DNA of 64,000 nucleotides from Vibrio sp. (GTDB lineage Bacteria; Pseudomonadota; Gammaproteobacteria; Enterobacterales; Vibrionaceae): NCBI RefSeq assembly GCF_038138445.1, contig NZ_JAYQDQ010000010.1, positions 3,236 to 67,235 of the forward strand, read 5' to 3'. Shown piece by piece: positions 60,301 to 64,000 of this stretch (position 1 is its first letter; each line of letters starts with the position of its first letter). The notes under the pieces were generated by a model. It saw only the letters and a program-made list of their open reading frames with translations, ran no database searches and was not told where the DNA came from. The position numbers and the translations under genes were made by a program.

Positions 60301-62517
60301 TTAAAAGAAGCGAAGAAAACCGCAGAGGAAGCGACTAAAGCAAAATCTGATTTTCTCGCCAATATGTCGCATGAAATTCGCACCCCTATGAATGCCATCA
60401 TAGGAATGTCTGGGCTCGCCCTAAACACGGATCTAGATAATAAGCAGAGAAACTACATTGAAAAAGTCAATCGTTCAGCAGACAGCTTGCTTGGCATTAT
60501 CAATGACATCTTGGACTTTTCCAAAATTGAAGCCGGTAAGCTGGATATAGAGTTTATTGATTTCCATTTAGAAGAGGTAATGGACAATCTGGCTAACATA
60601 GTGGGCATTCGAGCCGAAGAGAAAGGGCTTGAGCTGTTATTTGATGTTTCAGCGGATGCGCCTACGATGCTAATTGGTGATCCGCTGCGTTTAGGGCAGA
60701 TTCTGACTAACCTTGGCAACAACGCAGTGAAATTTACCGACCAAGGCGAGATCCTTGTATCGGTGAAAGTGAAGCAGTTAGACGATGAGTCGGTGACTTT
60801 GCACTTTTCGGTCAGGGATACTGGTATCGGAATGACATCTGAGCAACAACAAAAGCTGTTTGAATCGTTTAGCCAAGCAGACACATCGATTACTAGAAAA
60901 TACGGCGGCACAGGTTTAGGCCTTACTATTTCTCAGAAATTAACCCATATGATGAATGGAGAAATCTGGGTAGAAAGCGAGAGTGGAAAAGGCAGTACGT
61001 TTCATTTCACCGCTAGTTTTAAATACCAAAAAAACGTCCCGATTGGCCGAGTGAAACCCGAGCTTCCGGAGCTGAAAGGCCTACATGTATTAGTGGTTGA
61101 TGACAATGCGACCGCTAGAAAAATCTTCTCTGATATTCTCTCCTCATTTGATTTTAATGTGACAGCCTACAGTTCTGGCTCCCAAGCGATAGAGCACTTT
61201 GAGCAAGGTCTAAGTGCCGTTGATCTTGTGGTGATGGATTGGCAAATTCCAAATATCGATGGGGTTGAAGTGACAATGCGAATCCATGAGAGACACCCTG
61301 ATTTGCCGGTTATTTTAGTGACCGCTTTTGGTCGTGACGAGGCATTAGAAGCGTCAAAACGGGCTCGATTTGTACGAGTGCTTAGCAAGCCTATTTCAGC
61401 ATCAACCATCCTTGATGCAACTATGGAAGCCTTCGGTCATGATCCTGAAAAACGGGAACATATGCGAGCGGCAGTCGACGACCTTGATGCGGCAATGAAA
61501 ATTCGTGGTGCTAAGGTGTTGCTTGTAGAAGACAATGATATCAATCAGGAACTGGCAATGGAGCTTTTGTCCTCGGCTGGCGTTGATGCCAAAGTCGCTG
61601 AAAATGGGGAAATAGCATTACAGATGCTCGATAAAGAAGCATTTGACGGTGTATTGATGGATTGCCAGATGCCAGTTATGGATGGGTATACCGCGACGCG
61701 GCTGCTACGCGAGAAAGAAGAGTTTAAAGATCTTCCCGTTATTGCCCTGACTGCCAATGTGATGTCAGGTGATATAGAAAAAGTTATTAGCGCGGGAATG
61801 AATGCTCATATAGGCAAACCGATTAACGTGCGTGAGCTATACACAACCATGGCAAACTGGATCACTCCTTCTAACCCAGCAGGAGAAACGAGTATTCAAC
61901 AGGACTCTGATGAAGAGGTGAGCAGTTTTGAACCCTTGCCAGATTTGCCTGGCATCAATTTGAAGAAGGGCTTAGCGATAGCAAACCAAGATCAGAAACT
62001 GTATCGGAAACTACTGCTGAAATACAAAGACTCTTACAGCAATTTCGCCGAGACCTTCAATCAATCACTACAATCAGAAGACAGTCAAGAGCCGCAAAGA
62101 TTAGCTCATACTTTGAAAGGGGTGGCTGGAAACATTGGAGCGACAGCTGTTCAGGCTGCCGCTGAGAAATTAGAGAGTGAATGTAAAACAAATACTGAGC
62201 CGCCTGCAGACGTTGTAGATGCTCTATTATTGGAGCTGAATAAAACGCTAACTGGTTTATCAGATCTAGAGCAGGCTTCAACGAATGTGAAGACTGATGG
62301 GGAGTTTGACCAAGCAGCCTTCACCGCTTTGATTTCCCAGTTAAGAGAGCTGTTGGAAGACTATGATACCGAAGCCATGGAGATTGTTGATGAGTTAGCT
62401 TCAATGCCTTTGGAACCGCAAATAAATACCATAGTAAAAAAGATAAGCAATGCGATAAGCGAATATGATTTTGAGCACGCTTTGTCATTTCTTGAACAAT
62501 TACATAGTGATGAATAG
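57397..62517 (+). CDS. Hybrid sensor histidine kinase (SBP_bac_3 - 2TM - Cache-like - TM - PAS - PAS - HisKA - HATPase - REC - REC - HPt)
   Basis: Start is uncertain: TTG 57358, ATG 57397 or ATG 57406. Signal/anchor segment plus a periplasmic solute-binding-like domain, then a second large extracytoplasmic domain. H-box (SHEIRTPMNAI). N/G boxes (GLGLTIS). Two receivers (VVMDWQIPNIDG and VLMDCQMPVMDG). HPt motif (AHTLKGVAGNIGA). Confidence 0.9.
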   Translation: MVRMTWAIWLSLLLWSVFFSSQTIAQSQAANSSPLKVAYCVDCVPFQYQNEQGEASGLIIDLWKIWTDKVGQKIEFVPYIWDETLAAVGRGDADIHAGLYYNESRDEFLDYGTLLARTSSHIILRNDQPSFDTLKALEGVKIGVIKGDFLEGYLKQRLPEENIITYPSYQQLIAELKAGTLDVFSADTLTATYHLQKDGILDQFNLEPAHILFSDTWRAAVAEGNASLLDIINQGFDLVSQEERIANFQKWNPSSVNQTNGRSTQPTAHQEIENDEIVRIFIAIALILGLLMFSLAFILPKFLSNELMAKYVASRAFTYSIISTTCVISCVILFLVWHTIEQNRKVTLRSVEQDLVFVLERTNDSLEDWVKDSETFLNSLGKHPHLVSLTEKLLQIPQNKQSLQDSQALNDIRVFFDQHEEDFGSVGFFIINKDRVSIASRRDTNLGTENLIAIQAPQLLERAFQGEAVFIPPILSDVYIQSEKMGEVPTRLDAFNMFFAVPIQNDSGEVIAAMTQRLLPGGRLSKIMQHGSIGRSGESYLINLDGGMITESRFIDSLEDIGLLTAGQDQDTLLALKDPGGNLIEGFVPASSTAEQPFTLMAQSVMAMGKSAQGKVNPHINSNVEGYRDYRGVPVLGVWSWNQNLGVGITTEIDKSEALESFYQMRLYLFSTAFVALLLAVASSMLTVTIGQRATSFMRRSNEELESRVGERTVALKEAEQRSRTIFENTKDGVIVINELGIVQEFNPAAESIFEYPREDVVGQNIKMLMGEPHRDKHDGYLKKYAQTKEEHILVRNTELEGRRSTGEIFPIDLAVNEALSAGETIFVGIIRDITERKEAEKELKDREERLWDLYENAPVAYASVNLAGEFVKHNKAFSELLCVERTDIKNVNWHDVISPDFIEHKTLFDSVCDGESLFCHEIPIVRRDGEHIITEVSALPSFNDNSELQEIRITMTDITARKTAEEALKEAKKTAEEATKAKSDFLANMSHEIRTPMNAIIGMSGLALNTDLDNKQRNYIEKVNRSADSLLGIINDILDFSKIEAGKLDIEFIDFHLEEVMDNLANIVGIRAEEKGLELLFDVSADAPTMLIGDPLRLGQILTNLGNNAVKFTDQGEILVSVKVKQLDDESVTLHFSVRDTGIGMTSEQQQKLFESFSQADTSITRKYGGTGLGLTISQKLTHMMNGEIWVESESGKGSTFHFTASFKYQKNVPIGRVKPELPELKGLHVLVVDDNATARKIFSDILSSFDFNVTAYSSGSQAIEHFEQGLSAVDLVVMDWQIPNIDGVEVTMRIHERHPDLPVILVTAFGRDEALEASKRARFVRVLSKPISASTILDATMEAFGHDPEKREHMRAAVDDLDAAMKIRGAKVLLVEDNDINQELAMELLSSAGVDAKVAENGEIALQMLDKEAFDGVLMDCQMPVMDGYTATRLLREKEEFKDLPVIALTANVMSGDIEKVISAGMNAHIGKPINVRELYTTMANWITPSNPAGETSIQQDSDEEVSSFEPLPDLPGINLKKGLAIANQDQKLYRKLLLKYKDSYSNFAETFNQSLQSEDSQEPQRLAHTLKGVAGNIGATAVQAAAEKLESECKTNTEPPADVVDALLLELNKTLTGLSDLEQASTNVKTDGEFDQAAFTALISQLRELLEDYDTEAMEIVDELASMPLEPQINTIVKKISNAISEYDFEHALSFLEQLHSDE

Positions 62518-62597
62518 CGGGCAATTAGGCGAAATCTATGCTTGTGAGTACGCTTTGGTGATCACTACAAGAAAGAAAATGGATTTAGGAGTCAGTT

Positions 62598-63632
62598 ATG
62601 GATAAACAGATAGTGCTTGTGGTCGACGATACCCCCGACAATATTGATGTGATGAGTGGTATTCTTCGTCCTGACTATAAAGTGAAGGCTGCGCTTAGCG
62701 GAGCCAAGGCTTTAAAAATAGCGGCGAGCACGCCTAAACCTGAGATCATCTTGCTTGATGTCATGATGCCAGAAATGGACGGTTATGAAGTTTGCAAAAG
62801 GCTAAAGGCGGACTCAATAACAGCAGATATTCCAATTATATTTGTCACTGCAATGAACGCAGAAGAGGATGAAACTTACGGTTTAGAGCTGGGTGCTGTC
62901 GACTACATCACCAAGCCTGTTCGTCCATCTATTGTCAAAGCTCGTATTAAAACTCATCTAGCCCTCTATGATCAGAATCGCCATTTAGAAAAAACTGTAC
63001 AAGAGCGAACAGAAAGCCTGATAAGTACTCAGCTGGAAATCATTCGAAGGTTAGGTCGAGCGGCCGAGTTTAAAGACAACGAAACGGGCCTACATGTTAT
63101 TCGTATGAGCCATTATTCTCGCCTGATGGCCGAATCTATGGATGTGTCGGAGAAATGGAGCAACTTGGTGTTTAACGCTGCTCCAATGCATGATATTGGA
63201 AAAATTGGTATTCCAGATTCGATTTTGCTTAAGCCAGGAAAGCTTGATGACCAAGAGTGGCAGCTAATGCGTAAGCATCCAGAATTTGGCGCGCATATTA
63301 TCGGTGAGCATGAATCAGAGCTTCTGATCATGGCGCGGGAGATTGCTCTGGCTCATCACGAAAAATGGGACGGCTCTGGTTACCCTCATGGATTGAAAGG
63401 CGAAGAGATCCCACTGTCGGCAAGAATCATTGCCATAGCGGATGTGTTTGATGCATTAACGACCGAAAGACCTTATAAAAAAGCTTGGTCAGTGAAAGAG
63501 GCTGTTGCTTTAATAGATGAAGAATCCGGCAAGCATTTCGATCCTTCGCTCGTCGCTATTTTTCATGAAGTGATGCCAGAGATTCTGGACATAAAAGAGC
63601 AGTATGCAGAAGCGCAGCAAGCTGACAATTAG
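62598..63632 (+). CDS. Response regulator with HD-GYP domain (c-di-GMP phosphodiesterase, RpfG type)
   Basis: Receiver domain (VLVVDDTPDNI...ILLDVMMPEMDG). HD motif (MHDIGKIGIPD) and HHEKWDGSGYPHGL. Confidence 0.9.
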   Translation: MDKQIVLVVDDTPDNIDVMSGILRPDYKVKAALSGAKALKIAASTPKPEIILLDVMMPEMDGYEVCKRLKADSITADIPIIFVTAMNAEEDETYGLELGAVDYITKPVRPSIVKARIKTHLALYDQNRHLEKTVQERTESLISTQLEIIRRLGRAAEFKDNETGLHVIRMSHYSRLMAESMDVSEKWSNLVFNAAPMHDIGKIGIPDSILLKPGKLDDQEWQLMRKHPEFGAHIIGEHESELLIMAREIALAHHEKWDGSGYPHGLKGEEIPLSARIIAIADVFDALTTERPYKKAWSVKEAVALIDEESGKHFDPSLVAIFHEVMPEILDIKEQYAEAQQADN

Positions 63633-63641
63633 AGAGCACCC

Positions 63642-63667
63642 GAAAAGTGTTTGCCTTCACTTTTTTT
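63642..63667 (+). terminator. Rho-independent terminator after the HD-GYP gene
   Basis: A/T-rich stem gaaaagtg/cacttttt with an 8-nt loop and a T7 run. Confidence 0.5.
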
Positions 63668-63809
63668 ACAAGTGCCAAATAGATAAGAAGAGGAATCATC
63701 GATTGTTCAGACTCTAGAATGTTTTGTTTTCAAACTAGTTAGATAAGTTTGACCGCCAGTTAGTTCATCTACTATTACTTGTCTATTGAGGGAATCAAAG
63801 TGATAGCAC

Positions 63810-64000
63810 ATGAACATTATAAAGAAACTATTTTTAGTGGCAGTTGGACTGATAAGCTATTCATCTATTCTACACGCATATGAATACACCTTTGCTTCAT
63901 TAGCAAACCATCCTGAACAAACGATTAGCGGCAAAATCATAACTCAAATTTATGGTCAACTTGGTTACGATATTGAGGTTACCCCTTTACCTGGGTTAAG
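63810..64000 (+). CDS. Periplasmic solute-binding-protein (family 3)-like protein, 5' part (runs off window)
   Basis: My own translation: MNIIKKLFLVAVGLISYSSILHAYEYTFASLANHPEQTISGKIITQIYGQLGYDIEVTPLPGL.. It has a signal peptide and the frame stays open to the window end. It is not in the supplied ORF track because no stop codon is reached. Confidence 0.5.
   Translation, partial: MNIIKKLFLVAVGLISYSSILHAYEYTFASLANHPEQTISGKIITQIYGQLGYDIEVTPLPGL

Noticed and set aside
1-64000. Looked for CRISPR arrays, IS elements/transposases, integrases, prophage genes, and rRNA.
   Set aside because: No regularly spaced repeats were found, and no DDE/tyrosine-recombinase-like ORFs or rRNA-like sequence. The only tandem repeat seen is the 21-bp duplication at 18857-18898.

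Overview
The window looks like a Vibrio-type (Vibrionaceae) chromosomal segment. I call about 60 protein genes, one tRNA, one Qrr sRNA and one riboswitch. All family assignments come from motifs and synteny I recognise by eye; no searches were run.

nt 1-16200: one half of a lateral-flagellum (Laf) type locus. lafA-flhA-flhB-fliRQPNM lie on the minus strand, divergent from motY-lafK-fliEFGHIJ.

nt 16300-20400: an accessory stretch. It holds an M23 peptidase overlapping a bactofilin gene, a ToxR/ToxS-like (VtrA/VtrC-like) membrane regulator pair carrying an in-frame 21-bp tandem duplication, a small beta-barrel OMP and a lone tRNA-Asn.

nt 20400-29200: conserved Vibrio core. It runs DnaA-box cluster + LexA box - uvrB, qrr1 (sigma54 promoter, LuxO site) - luxO - luxU, yvcK, Moco riboswitch - moaABCDE, and an nrtS-like gene.

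nt 29200-32500: an AT-rich islet carrying a single orphan 904-aa protein that matches no family I recognise. This is my top candidate for something new.

nt 32500-53800: housekeeping genes. In order: CBS protein, MATE pump, ZntR-operator-zntA, udp, an orphan membrane protein with an RBS-sequestering hairpin, metG, apbC, udk, asmA, btuR, an LMW-PTP, a degenerate SDR, sodB, grxD, topB, an SDR, and an HDAC-Nudix pair.

nt 53800-57400: a second AT-rich islet with hipBA and a convergent 3-TM protein.

nt 57400-64000: a 1.7-k-aa hybrid sensor kinase, an HD-GYP response regulator and the start of a solute-binding protein gene.

I saw no CRISPR array, transposase or integrase.
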